Shown here: in pieces, positions 25,501-36,500 of the stretch
How positions within the stretch are numbered: position 1 is the stretch's first letter
How the letters are laid out: each line of letters begins with the position of its first letter
Assembly (NCBI RefSeq): GCF_037042905.1
Contig: NC_087252.1
Coordinates: 6,510,001-6,574,000 of the forward strand
Source: Lytechinus pictus
Lineage: Eukaryota
Reading direction: 5' to 3'
Length of the DNA stretch: 64,000 nt
Translations under genes and position numbers: made by a program
Notes under the pieces: model-generated
Databases searched by the model: none
What the model was told of the DNA's origin: nothing
What the model saw: only the letters and a program-made list of their open reading frames with translations

Positions 25501-27684
25501 AGCAGTATTTTTCTCTGTTATGGTAGTTGTCATTCCAGCAAGACTTTCTCTTATAGCAACTTTTATGAAATGGGGCCCGTCTTACAAAAAGTTACATTGA
25601 TACGATCAACATCAACTATGGACGGCCAGCAACGCCCACATCTGAAATACATATTTGTTTAAATTATTTTCTAGAGATGATGTATATTCATACATTCATC
25701 CCTCTCTTAAATATTCAGTGTGATTCTCTTTGTTTACTGTACTAAGAATTATGGTAAGGATGGATTTCCATACAGTTGAGATTGATTGGATCAATCGTTA
25801 CTCTTTGTAAGACGGGGCCCATGTGATAGTGCTGATAGTAGTTCAAAAAATGAATTCATTTATTCTTGCAGGTTGCAGTGGATCATCACAGTCATAACTT
25901 GCTTCACACAGTACTATTATCATGGCATCACATGACACAGGAAGTAATTCAACGTAAGAATGACCTCGCTGATGTCAGGTTCCAAGAGATTCTTCTAAGA
26001 AGAAGTTTCAATTCGTGGAAGAGGGTAAGAAAATCACCTTAAATTTCTATCACAATGAATAAAAGTGGATGAATGAAGAAATGTTTAATTGTAATTTTCC
26101 AATGTTAGTGATTAGAAAGAAAAAGTGGTTCATAAATGGCTGAAAAATCATAGAAATAAAGTCTTTTGCAATGACATCCTGTAGAAAGTCACATGTTTAA
26201 TCCCGATATTATTTTTGTCTTTTTATGTTAGGTTTTTCCCCCCCCCCCCCTTTTTTGTCAAATTATATTTTTTTCAGCCTGGAATAGTATTAGTAGTAGT
26301 ATGATTTTATTGCAGCAAGAAAAAAAAAATGGGAAAAAGAAAAAGGTTCAAAAAGTGAAAAAATCCAGTGTATAGAGTACAATAATTATCATAATGATTA
26401 TAAATGTGACATCAAATCAATCAAGATTAAGAGTTTTGAATCGTCAATCAAGAGTACTCCTTTAAGAATGATGAAAAAAAATTAACTTGCTTCTGTAAAA
26501 CCTCATACTTTACCCTTGATATCAGAAGTCTCTCGTATAGCATTCTACAATAAATGCAGCGAGGTTACCATGGCTTTATAGGCCAAGTTACTGTTACACA
26601 CTCGGGCGTTTTAAAGAATATATACCTGCTAGGTAGCCATTTACCTCACCTGGGTTGCAATTACGCCATGGCTGGGATTTGAACCCACAACCCTTTGTTT
26701 CATAGTCTGCAGACTATTCTCCTTGGCTACAATGTTTTAATGAACTTCCCATCACTGAATCTCTTAACTTTAATAGTCTTTTAATTTCGTGTTATTTCTT
26801 AACTTTTAATTTCTTATCATGTCTTTAGTTTGGACATTACCAGTCCATACAGCTTCAGAAGGCTAGAAGGCATTATCTCCGCAGACTGAAATCTAAAGCC
26901 TTGTTGCGATGGAGAGATTGGGTGACGGATGAGAGAATAAGGGCGTGGCAAGCAGAGGAGAGAGCCGAGGAACACGATACAAGGTAAGCAAGGCTCTGTT
27001 TTCTTTATATGCCTCTGCCAACCATAGATTGCTGTAAGATGCATATATTTTAGCTGTCCTTCCACTTATCCACCTGTGTCATTTTATTCTTGCGATAATT
27101 AAAGAATTTGATTGAAGTGTATCATTTTAATGCTCATGATCTAAATATTCATGTTTGTTGAAGTTTCGTATAGTGGATTTTAAGGTGGATGATCTTATTT
27201 TTTCTAGTCTTGAATTTATTTTTTTCTAAAAATTTTGACAAGTTGTACATCATTTAAATGCTAAGAAAATGTTTTTTTCAAACTTAGTAAAACTAACTAA
27301 ATAAATAGTAACAACTTCGAATGACTTTCAGTTTTGACATTGTTGGTCACATTAAGTTTTTCTCATCTGTTGTACTTTCCAAGTTTTTTTTTTCCAATTT
27401 TGGCAGGTTATATATCATTTCAGAGCTTAGGATCTGCATTTTTAAACCTTGCAAACAATTTAGAATGTATTTCAGCTGACTCATTGTGGGTTTTGAGGCA
27501 AATGGTCACATTTTTTCTCTCGTGTGTGCTTGTATATTCCACCACCAGCCGGATAATGAAGACAGCATTCCGTGCTTGGAGACGATACCCCAAGATGCTG
27601 AAGGAAGAGAGAGCTAAGGAGATCCGGCGACAGGAAATAAGGAGGAAAGTTGCATCTATTATTCCAGACTTTGGACTTACATGA
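11387..27684 (+). CDS. CCDC191: Coiled-coil domain-containing protein 191 (KIAA1407) ortholog (17 exons, 953 aa)
   Basis: Exons 11387-11464, 13254-13295, 13996-14131, 14661-14858, 15078-15250, 15689-15912, 17162-17330, 17675-17865, 18534-18777, 19454-19977, 20709-20818, 22316-22398, 23449-23550, 24685-24828, 25872-26024, 26829-26983, 27549-27684. Total 2862 nt, phases consistent. Recognised motifs: RWKR, WIKKVEEAS, DHDEAYSEAQ, DPRTTMAARQQKVKENRL, AWYRLVQDHRLQLGKA, PKHAWQVTRKH, plus Sfi1-like F..W repeats. Confidence 0.92.
11818..12522. mobile_element. TTAA-flanked non-autonomous DNA transposon (Kolobok/piggyBac-type)
   Basis: TTAA|AGGTCAAGTCCACCC ... GGGTGGACTTGTCCT|TTAA; a fragment of the same family flanks the LTR at ~2030-2130. 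Confidence 0.8.
16003..16291 (+). mobile_element. tRNA-derived SINE, full length
   Basis: A box TGGCCCAGTAGA, B box GGTTCGAATCC, CORE-like body (CCTTCAGCAAG...AATGGGTAC), (ATT)n tail; further copies elsewhere in the window. Confidence 0.88.
18936..19115. mobile_element. Foldback MITE (Harbinger/CWG type); second copy at 44779-44942
   Basis: ~55-bp arms GTTTCATAAAGCTGTTCGTAAGTTAAGAGCGACTTTAAGAACGACTGGTGATCC and its reverse complement. Confidence 0.88.
20174..20383. mobile_element. MITE (Harbinger/CWG type)
   Basis: TGTTTCACAAAGATTAAGTATGACTTAG..TCGCACTTAAATG inverted at the far end; flanked by CTG and CAG. Confidence 0.82.
21004..21569. mobile_element. TTAA-flanked MITE with long internal inverted repeats
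   Basis: TTAA|AGGAGAATGAAAC ... GTTTCATTCTCCT|TTAA; ~85-bp internal arms containing ATCCTCCCATTGGCAATGCGACCAAGATCT. Confidence 0.85.
21600..21778 (-). mobile_element. tRNA-derived SINE copy (others at ~26630-26755, ~27780-27940; fragments at ~6915-6985 and ~16555-16720)
   Basis: Reverse complement of the head and body of 16003-16291 (TTGCTGAAGGAAA..CCATGGCT.GGA.TCGAACCCAC). Confidence 0.8.
21841..22243. mobile_element. TTAA-flanked ~400-bp non-autonomous element, copy 1
   Basis: High similarity to 28246-28643; TTAA at both ends. Confidence 0.88.
23731..24239. mobile_element. Mutator-like (MULE) MITE
   Basis: 9-bp TSD ATTACTAGT (23722-23730, 24240-24248); G-run/C-run termini with imperfect TIR CTTCCATTGAC.AGTGGATACCATGCG / CGCATGGTCTCCATTGTCAATAGAAG. 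Confidence 0.75.
25424..25821. mobile_element. Two abutting GGGCCC-terminal MITEs
   Basis: GGCCCCATTTCATGAAAAGTTGC..GCAACTTTTATGAAATGGGGCC overlaps the start of GCCCGTCTTACAAA..TTTGTAAGACGGGGCC. Confidence 0.75.
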
Positions 27685-28245
27685 ATGATGATAAAAATTA
27701 ATCTAGCTAATTTGGCATTTTTATCAATCACTTCATCAGATGTTTTGCAGACCAACTGTTACACACCCTGGTTTTAAGGATTGAATTCCTGCCAGGCCCT
27801 CATTTACTTCATCTGGGTCGAGTGCAGCACAGTTTGAATAAATTTGTTGCTGAAGGAAAACTGGCCATGGCTAGGATTTGAACCCATGGCCCTTTGATTG
27901 AAAGACAAGAGTCAGAACCACTAAACCATGACGCACCCACCATGAAAATGATTAGGGCTCCAATTCAGTTTTACTTATTCAATTACTGTAAACTCAGAAG
28001 TATAGATAAATATGAAATATAGATGTCTCGTTAATATGTTATCCCATCATGGTACATGAAGTTCATGGATTCTGTGCCAGTGAGGCCTGCACAAATTTGA
28101 AAACTCACAAAATGTCAGTGGCTTCTTATGGTTATTTATTGCTAATGCAGCTCAATCCATCTGCCATGCCAGCCAAATGGTGACACAACATTATGCTTCT
28201 ACAACAATTGTTCCTGGCTTTAGTTTGCCTTCAGATTTTAATAGG

Positions 28246-28643
28246 TTAAAGCTAAATGAACGTAGTTGCAGTAAAACACTGATTTCGTGAGAAAGTCTGT
28301 AAAACCAAGGTACAGTATTGAAATATCATTGTGGATCTGGTACAGTTACATAAACTGAACTTTGTGAAATCATAATATCTAGCTAAAAAAACAATCACAC
28401 TGAAGATCGCCAACACAGATAGGCACACGTGGGACAGTGTATTATTATTGCTGGAATAAAGACCCGACGGAAGTGACCGAATCCGCGCTTATTTTGCTTA
28501 TTTCTCAGCAATTACACAATTTCTTCCAGAATCCTTTGGCACATATTTTTTATTCATACAAACAGACACTTTGGTGATCATTATATTAAATTCTGTAAAA
28601 AGTCATTTTGAGATCGTTCCCACAACTGGAAAATATCTTTTAA
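28246..28643. mobile_element. TTAA-flanked ~400-bp non-autonomous element, copy 2
   Basis: Direct copy of 21841-22243. Confidence 0.88.
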
Positions 28644-29765
28644 GGGTGAGCGTTGTGATAAGGTGTTATGTTATGTTCAGGGTTAGGTATATGGTACGGT
28701 AAAGTGTTAAATCCAGGGTTGAAGTTGGCCATTCAGCTACTGTGTGGAATTTATAGCTGAACAATTGTTGCCAGAGATGTCATGTATTCAGCCAACACCC
28801 TCATGTACATACGAATATAGCTGATTTTGCACCTAAGAATATGTTCCAGTAGTGTGTAAACTAGTATATAACTTCACAAACCGCTTTATGAAACCTTGTG
28901 ACTCGTAAATAATACTTTGGGCCAAATCAGAATCTTGATCAATATGAATCCTATCGGCGTAAGTTGAAGCCAGGGTCACATTTCATAACACATTAACACT
29001 TTCTATAACAAGTTTACTGTACGCCAATCAGATTGAATGATTTTAGTACATTTAAATCGTGATTGCATATTTGTTATAATAACAAGTTGTTTGAAACGGG
29101 CCCCTTATCTCTGAAGATCTTAATTTTCTTATGCATATGCATGTGAATGCAAAGTTAATAACAATGAAAGTAACTGAAATTAACAAGAATGATAAGAAAT
29201 GATGTGCAATGTGAAATTACATGTATTCCTTCAGTAAATTTAGGGGAAAAATAGATTTGATCTTATTAGACTAAGTGTGTGACATCAACTATTCTCCTTG
29301 ATTTGATTGCCATGAAATGTACTTGATCTTTATATTACATGTATTGGAAAATTTAGATTGTGGGGGAAGGATATTCTAGTGCATATTATATCATGTATCA
29401 CTGCTTTGGGTGTGAACAGGGACAATTTTCCTGTGCCTACAATAATAAGTACTTTCACAGTCCTATGGATAGCTGTACAAATCAGATTATGATAATAAGT
29501 TAATAAAGGCAACATCAATTTATGATTATCTGTTATGTATTGTACTCATTAACCTGTTTTTATTCCAGGTGATGGTATTATGAGAAAGGAGAAGGGGCAA
29601 GAGAGAGAGAATAGGAGCAAATGAGCGAGAGTGGAGGGTGAGAGAGCGGGCGGGGGGATGAGTGCAAATGTTAGAGGGGTACATGAGAGAGACAAGAGCA
29701 AATGAGAAAGAGTGAGAGAGGGAGAAAGACCAAGCAAGTGAGCAAGGCCAGAGAGAGGAGAGTAA

Positions 29766-30078
29766 AGCCCGTCTCACACTATGCGATTCGTTGCGATCCG
29801 AATTTCAAATTAATTGTGACATTTGATATGGATATTTCAACTAATAAAATATTACCTCCCTGAATGAATAAAACAATTTCAATTCTAAATTGTAATGACG
29901 TCATCTGCTTTTCTCCGACCATAGTGCTTGCCGCAAAGTAGAATATGATTTTAGTTTTCCTAACAATATGTCAAACTTTAAATAAAATATTTTTACTTCT
30001 TGGAACTTTCATATTTAATGCAAAATGCGATTTCTTGAAAAATTGCATCGCACCAGATCGCATAGTGTGAGACGGGCT
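29766..30078. mobile_element. PIF/Harbinger (Tourist-like) MITE inserted into a GA-rich tract
   Basis: Perfect TIR AGCCCGTCTCACACTATGCGAT / ATCGCATAGTGTGAGACGGGCT; TAA TSD on both sides. Confidence 0.9.
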
Positions 30079-32163
30079 TAAGAGGGAGGGGGAAAAGAAG
30101 AGGTAAGCACTTAAGAATCTAGAAAGACAGAAAGAGGAGATGGGGTTGAAAGAGAATAGGGATATCAAAATAATCATGGAGAGAGATGGGGCTGTAATTA
30201 TAGAGCACCCGACATAAAGAGCAATTAGAATACAGGACAATGACATGTGAAATATTTCATGAAACGTTTGATCAGTGATTTTTAACTTGCAATTGTTATA
30301 AGCTACTGAAATCCTCGCTTCTGATTGGCTGAAAGCAAATTTCAGTGACAAATCATTTTATAAAAACATTCCCTGATCAACACAAGAAAAAAACGGGAAT
30401 AATTCATACAGATGAAACAATTACCAGAGTCGGACCATTTTATGAACAGTTCATAATCTTGTTTTATTTTAACTGGTTGCTCTTGGGAGCAACCAAATTC
30501 ATTTACAGAATATAAAATACATCCAAAAATGATAGTTTATACACTATAATAGTACACATCATTTGTAAATTAATGATGCTAGGAAAATCGGCTCCAACCT
30601 CACTCATGAATGTAATGTTTCAACTAATAGTAACATTCAAAACATAACACTGAGGTAATGATGGACCTGTTAACAAAACAAATAGCTCCTTATTACCAAA
30701 CATAAAAAATTGAAATGTTATTGTAAAACTCCCCATATTTTAATACATAAAACTCAATCTCTGTGGCTACATGTATAAGGACATGGTCATAGTTGTCTGA
30801 TAATCAAATAACAATTAATATTTTAATGTAAATATTGACCCAATTGGCTCAAGCCGATACAAATACAGCAAATGTTGCTGTGTTGGGGATACAAACTTTA
30901 AAGTGCTCTTAATCTATTTTAATTTTTCTTCACTTTTGTTGACATTTACACGATATTGATAATACTCAATAATTCAAATGATCTGGGTTTTCATTGCATT
31001 TAGTACCCTGAATAGACATAAATAAAGGAAAATGGAAACTCATGAAAGAGGGATGTCATCAGGTGCAATAATTTTCAAATCACACTTCAATTCCTAGCTG
31101 CACAAACAGTTACCTGTATATACACATCATTGGAACGCATGTTAATGAGTGCACCGATGACATCACACACCCACATATTTTCTATCAAATAAGTGACAAA
31201 GTGAAATTTCTGTTACAGGGTGAGCGCTTTTCTTCCAATGACCAACTTTCTTGAATGAGTTTCCAAATGCAAATGATGTAAAAAATATAAATATCAATAT
31301 TAAATAGCCTTAATTATCAATTGATTCAATTTGACACATTTTCACACAATACTGACATAGGGTCATATCAAAATTGAGATACCCATTTGACCTGCAATTA
31401 ATCCCCCCCCCCTTAAAAAAATCATACACATTTTAACAAAAAGGCTCTTTGAAATACCCCCCCCTCCCCCAACCCAGGAAACGTGATGATATTCTCATCT
31501 TATCATGGGCATTCACTGTTTTCGTGACAATTCAGTATGCTTCATTTTGTTTTCAAAGAAAATTGAGCGAATTTCCTAAAAAGAAAAAAATTATGACATT
31601 GATGGATTTCCAGACTTGAGATGGATCGGATCAACTGTGACTCTTCGTAAGACAGGGCCATGGTGAATGTTTTCACCAATATTTTTATTTTTCATCAGAC
31701 AAGTTGTCAGATCTTGATAATGATTGGCCGAGAAGCATTTTTTACCATGGCAACCGTCGGATGAAAAATGTGACAGGTCCTGTCATGAACGCTCCCCAGG
31801 TGACAATAATCATGAATAATTTGATGGAATTGAAATTCAAATAGGAGTAAGGGCTGGAGCTATAACATCCTTTTGCACGGAGCCACAATATAGGAACATT
31901 TGCCAACAGGGTTCTGATTGGATACAACATGGCGGATACGGCTCCAAAAGCCACTCACAAAACAATATAATGGATTCCATATTGTAACTAGATAAACAAA
32001 ATTAGTGAATCTCTAAAGGCTTGTTCAGACATGGCGCAACAAATCGCTGCAACAAACCGATGAAATAATGCGTTCAGACGTGACAAGACATACCACCCTT
32101 CTCAATCAATAAAAGCACATACACATCAAATGTATAAATATTCCATCTGTGATTGCAAACCTG

Positions 32164-32316
32164 GGGCCCGTTTCATAAAGAGTTACAACTGTTGTAACTT
32201 TACCATTATGGCAACTACCATGGCAACAGGGCTCAGCAGCCAATCAAAAGCAAGGTTCCCATGGTAGTCGCCATAATGGCAGTTACAACAGTTTTAACTC
32301 TTCATGAAACGGGCCA
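32164..32316. mobile_element. MITE (CWG type); inverted relative at 44946-45075, related sequence at ~50311-50460
   Basis: GGGCCCGTTTCATAAAGAGTTA / TAACTCTTCATGAAACGGGCC; interior CCATGGCAACAGGGCTCAGCAGCCAATCA. Confidence 0.8.
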
Positions 32317-32471
32317 TAGAACTGAAATATAATTTTGCAATTACACTCTTAAAGCTAACATAACCGACTCCAAATCAACCAACGGTTTGTCATTGAAATT
32401 AATGTAATAGATTTGGTCGGTCTGAAGCAGATTCATTGGTGTGACTATAACATTAGGATTGGTCCAAGCAT

Positions 32472-32886
32472 TTAAAGGAAACCAAAACCCAAGAAGAGAA
32501 GCTCTCCATTTGTTTTGTACACAGATTTTCCTCATTATCCTTCAAATTGCATCTTGCCTCCTTCTGAGCACAACATATGTCATGGGAAAGTATAATTCAC
32601 ACCACATATGTTGAGGTCAGGAGGAGATAATGTGAAATATGTAAAATAAAGGGGAAAATCTGGAAATTTGTGTACAAAACAAATGGAGATTTGTCCACCA
32701 AATCAGCCATTTTGAAGCACTTTTGCCAATTTGAGGATCCCATAGAAAGTAGAACAAGACTTTTTAAACGTCCATAACTTGCTTATTTCATAACCGATTT
32801 TGATGAAACTGTTTTTTGTTATTGTTCCTCTCATTTTACTCTTTCCAATAAGGTTGCTTCTCTTCTTGGGTTTTGGTTTCCTTTAA
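32472..32886. mobile_element. TTAA-flanked MITE
   Basis: TTAA|AGGAAACCAAAACCCAAGAAGAGAAGC / GCTTCTCTTCTTGGGTTTTGGTTTCCT|TTAA, a perfect 27-bp TIR. Confidence 0.88.
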
Positions 32887-32939
32887 ACTTTGACAAAACT
32901 GTCATCTTGTCACTGTCTCTTTAATCTTGTCTCATTGGA

Positions 32940-33478
32940 AACATTTCATGAGGCAAATAGTCATTGATTATTCACTGACTCTTGTTACAAGCTACTAAAA
33001 TCCCTGCAATCTGATTGGTCCAGAGCAAATTTGTCAATGAATATCTCTGACTATATGTTTCATGAAATAAACAATCAATGAAATTGTTATAAGCTACCAA
33101 AATCACTGCAATCTGATTGGTCCAGAGCAAATTTGTCAATGAATATCTCTGACATGTTTCATAAAACAAATAATCAATGATTTTTACTGAATACTGTTAT
33201 AAACTACCAAAAGCCCTGCAATCAGATTGGTTCAGAGCAAATTCGTTTCATAAAACAAATAATAATTTTCACTGACTCTTGTTATAAGCTACCAAAATCC
33301 TTGCAATCTGATTGGCTCAGAGCAAATATGTCAGAGAAAATAATTGACTATATGTTTCATGATTCATCAATGAATTTCACTGAATATTATAAGCCACCAA
33401 AATCCCTGCAATCTGATTGGATAGCAGTATATTTGTCAGTGAAAATCATTGACTATATGTTTCATGAAAAATTCCCGC
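32940..33478. repeat. Tandem array (5 units of ~90-110 bp) of a MITE-derived CTGCAATCTGATTGG unit just downstream of the TOMM40 stop
   Basis: AGCTAC.AAAATCCCTGCAATCTGATTGG.CAGAGCAAATT recurs at ~33003, 33107, 33216, 33302 and 33407; a monomeric relative lies at ~30250-30372. Confidence 0.85.
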
Positions 33479-33578
33479 GATATCGCATACATTTAGTACA
33501 TAAAAACATGGCATTGGTTCGTTGGATCACTTGGTGGCGCCGTGTCTGAGCAAGCCTTGATTAGATGGGGGTGTGCAT

Positions 33579-36500
33579 TCATCCTATCATAAGACCAAAA
33601 CCAAATCTACATTGATTTTTCCACTGGTTGATGACACCACTCAAGATAAAAGAGAACGGCATTGGTTGAAGTCTCTTCTCTAATACTGCTGCTACTGTCC
33701 AATTTGTGTCTACCATGCCTGAAAGGGAGAGAAAGTAAAAAATATATATTTCAATAATCAAGTTAACATCATGGGAAAGAATCTCGATGAAATCATTTCA
33801 AACCATGATTTGCCCAATATGCAAGTCTCTTCTCTTTTAAACTCTGCTGCTAACGTCCAATTTGTGTCTACCATGCCTGAAAGAGAAAGTAGAAAATAGA
33901 TATTTCAAAAATCAAGTTAACATCATGGGACAGAAAATATATATCATTAACAACCACAATGACATCATTTTAAAGCATGATTTGCCCAATATGTAAGTCT
34001 CTTCTCTAGCACCGCTGCTACCGTCGAATTTGTGTCTACGGTACCATGCCTGCATGGGACAGAAAGTGAATGAGATGAAATGCTGTCAAATATCCATGAT
34101 ATGAGCAGATCATTAAATGAAGAATGAAAGAAAATAGATGTAAATAAAATTAGGGAATGTCTTTTACATCACTCTTTCATTGTACCTGCCTATGAATGAA
34201 ATTATGAAAATTAATAATCTTTTAGACGTAATAAAACTTAATGCAGGCTTTGAATGACTTACCTTTGGATTCAATATTAAAACACTACTTGATAAAATCC
34301 TAATAAACCATTCCCTATTGGTAACTGGAATAAGCTGGTTTGTGCACAAAGCCTATTGGAATTACAGAATCTAGAACCTAACTCCTTCCTACCTTTGAAT
34401 ACAACATTTAAAACACTATTTGTTACAGTCCAAATGAACCATTGCATACTGGAATCGGCTGGTTTGTGTACAAAGCCTATGGAAATTACACAATTCAGTA
34501 GGCAACTGATTAATAAACCACTATAGCTTTGTACAACATTTCACTTTGTAACAACTCCAATTATATTGGGAAGCCATTGCCTTTGAATGTTTTTATACAT
34601 ATATGACGCTATAAANNNNNNNNNNNNNNNNNNNNNNNNNNNNNNNNNNNNNNNNNNNNNNNNNNNNNNNNNNNNNNNNNNNNNNNNNNNNNNNNNNNNN
34701 NNNNNNNNNNNNNNNNNNNNNNNNNNNNNNNNNNNNNNNNNNNNNNNNNNNNNNNNNNNNNNNNNNNNNNNNNNNNNNNNNNNNNNNNNNNNNNNNNNNN
34801 NNNNNNNNNNNNNNNNNNNNNNNNNNNNNNNNNNNNNNNNNNNNNNNNNNNNNNNNNNNNNNNNNNNGGTATCGGTTGGTCCTATGGTTATTNNNNNNNN
34901 NNNNNNNNNNNNNNNNNNNNNNNNNNNNNNNNNNNNNNNNNNNNNNNNNNNNNNNNNNNNNNNNNNNNNNNNNNNNNNNNNNNNNNNNNNNNNNNNNNNN
35001 NNNNNNNNNNNNNNNNNNNNNNNNNNNNNNNNNNNNNNNNNNNNNNNNNNNNNNNNNNNNNNNNNNNNNNNNNNNNNNNNNNNNNNNNNNNNNNNNNACC
35101 TTTGATAATAAACAAGTGGAACGCCTCTGGCAGTCTCGCCTGCATCACGCAATTTAATATAGCAGCAGTGCTAACTTTGAAAACTACTATAAAATAATCA
35201 TTCACAAAAACATCATTCATATAATGACATAATACCACGTTCATTGACCATAAATTACATTTGAACGGAGACTTAAGACTGTCAACTACACCCATGTCCA
35301 CATTTCATTCACTCTATCCATAAACTTTCAAAGTTATGATGGCACTTCAACAATTACCCCAACATGGCCTAAGTTTATTGACCTTAACTGACCTTTGACT
35401 TGGTTTTGTGACCTGAAACTCACAGGGGATGTTCAGTGATGCTTGATTACTCTTATATCCCAAGTTTTATGAACTAGATCCATAAACTTTCAGAGTTAGG
35501 ATGGTAATTCAACAAATACCCCCAACACGGCCAAAGTTAATTGACCTTTAATGACCTTTGACCATGGTCATGTGACCTGAAACTCGTACAGGATGTTCAG
35601 TGATACTTGATTACTCTTATGTCCAAGTTTTATGAACTAGATCCATAAACTTTCAGAGTTAGGATGGTAATTTAACATATACCCTCAACACAGCCAAAGT
35701 TCATTGACCTTAAATGACCATTGACCATGGTCATGTGACATGTAACTCGCACAGGATATTCAGTGGTACTTGATTAACCTAATGTCCAAGTTTCATGAAC
35801 TAAATCCATAAATTTTCAAAGTTATGATGGTAATTCAACAAATACCCCCAACTTGGCCAAAGTTCATTGACCCTAAATGACCTTTGACCTTGGTCATGTG
35901 ACCTGAAACTCAGGCAGGATGTTCACTAATACTTGATTAACCTTATGTTAAAGTTTCATGGACTAGATCCATAAATTTTCAAAGTTATGATAGTAATTAA
36001 AAAAATACCCCCAACCTGACCAAAGTTCATTGACCCTAAATGACCTTTGACCTTGGTCATGTGACCTGAAACTCAGGCAGGATGTTCACTAATACTTGAT
36101 TAACCTTATGCCCAAGTTTCATGAACTAGGTCTATATACTTTCTAAGTTATGATGTCATTTCAAAAACTTAACCTTAGGTTAAGATTTGATGTTGACGCC
36201 GCCGCCGTCGGAAAAGCGGCGCCTATAGTCTCGCTCTACTATGCAGGCGAGACAAAAAATCAGTATCAATACTACAAGGGCACCGAGTGGGTGTCCGGCC
36301 CGTTTTAACGGTAGGCCTAGGGGCTCTTTGCATTTTCAGCATGTAAGAGTAGCGCATTTCCCTACACTTTTTAAAGCAAATATACCCTCATAATCTACCT
36401 TTATGTAATTACATATCATTTTTCAATTAAAAGAAGGTCTTTAAATATCACTTTTGTGACAAAAAAACACCCAGTTTCATGCAGGTGTGATTTGTTTTCA

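Noticed and set aside
29575-30195. Purine-rich GA tract as a possible extra CCDC191 coiled-coil exon
   Set aside because: It lies after the stop codon, contains stops, is low-complexity and is interrupted by a MITE.
34541-35301. Long ORFs with X runs (also 52089-53236)
   Set aside because: Artefacts of N gaps and CAT microsatellites.
32940-36180. Regularly spaced repeats resembling a CRISPR array
   Set aside because: Eukaryotic context, whole units are repeated with no unique spacers, and no cas genes are present.
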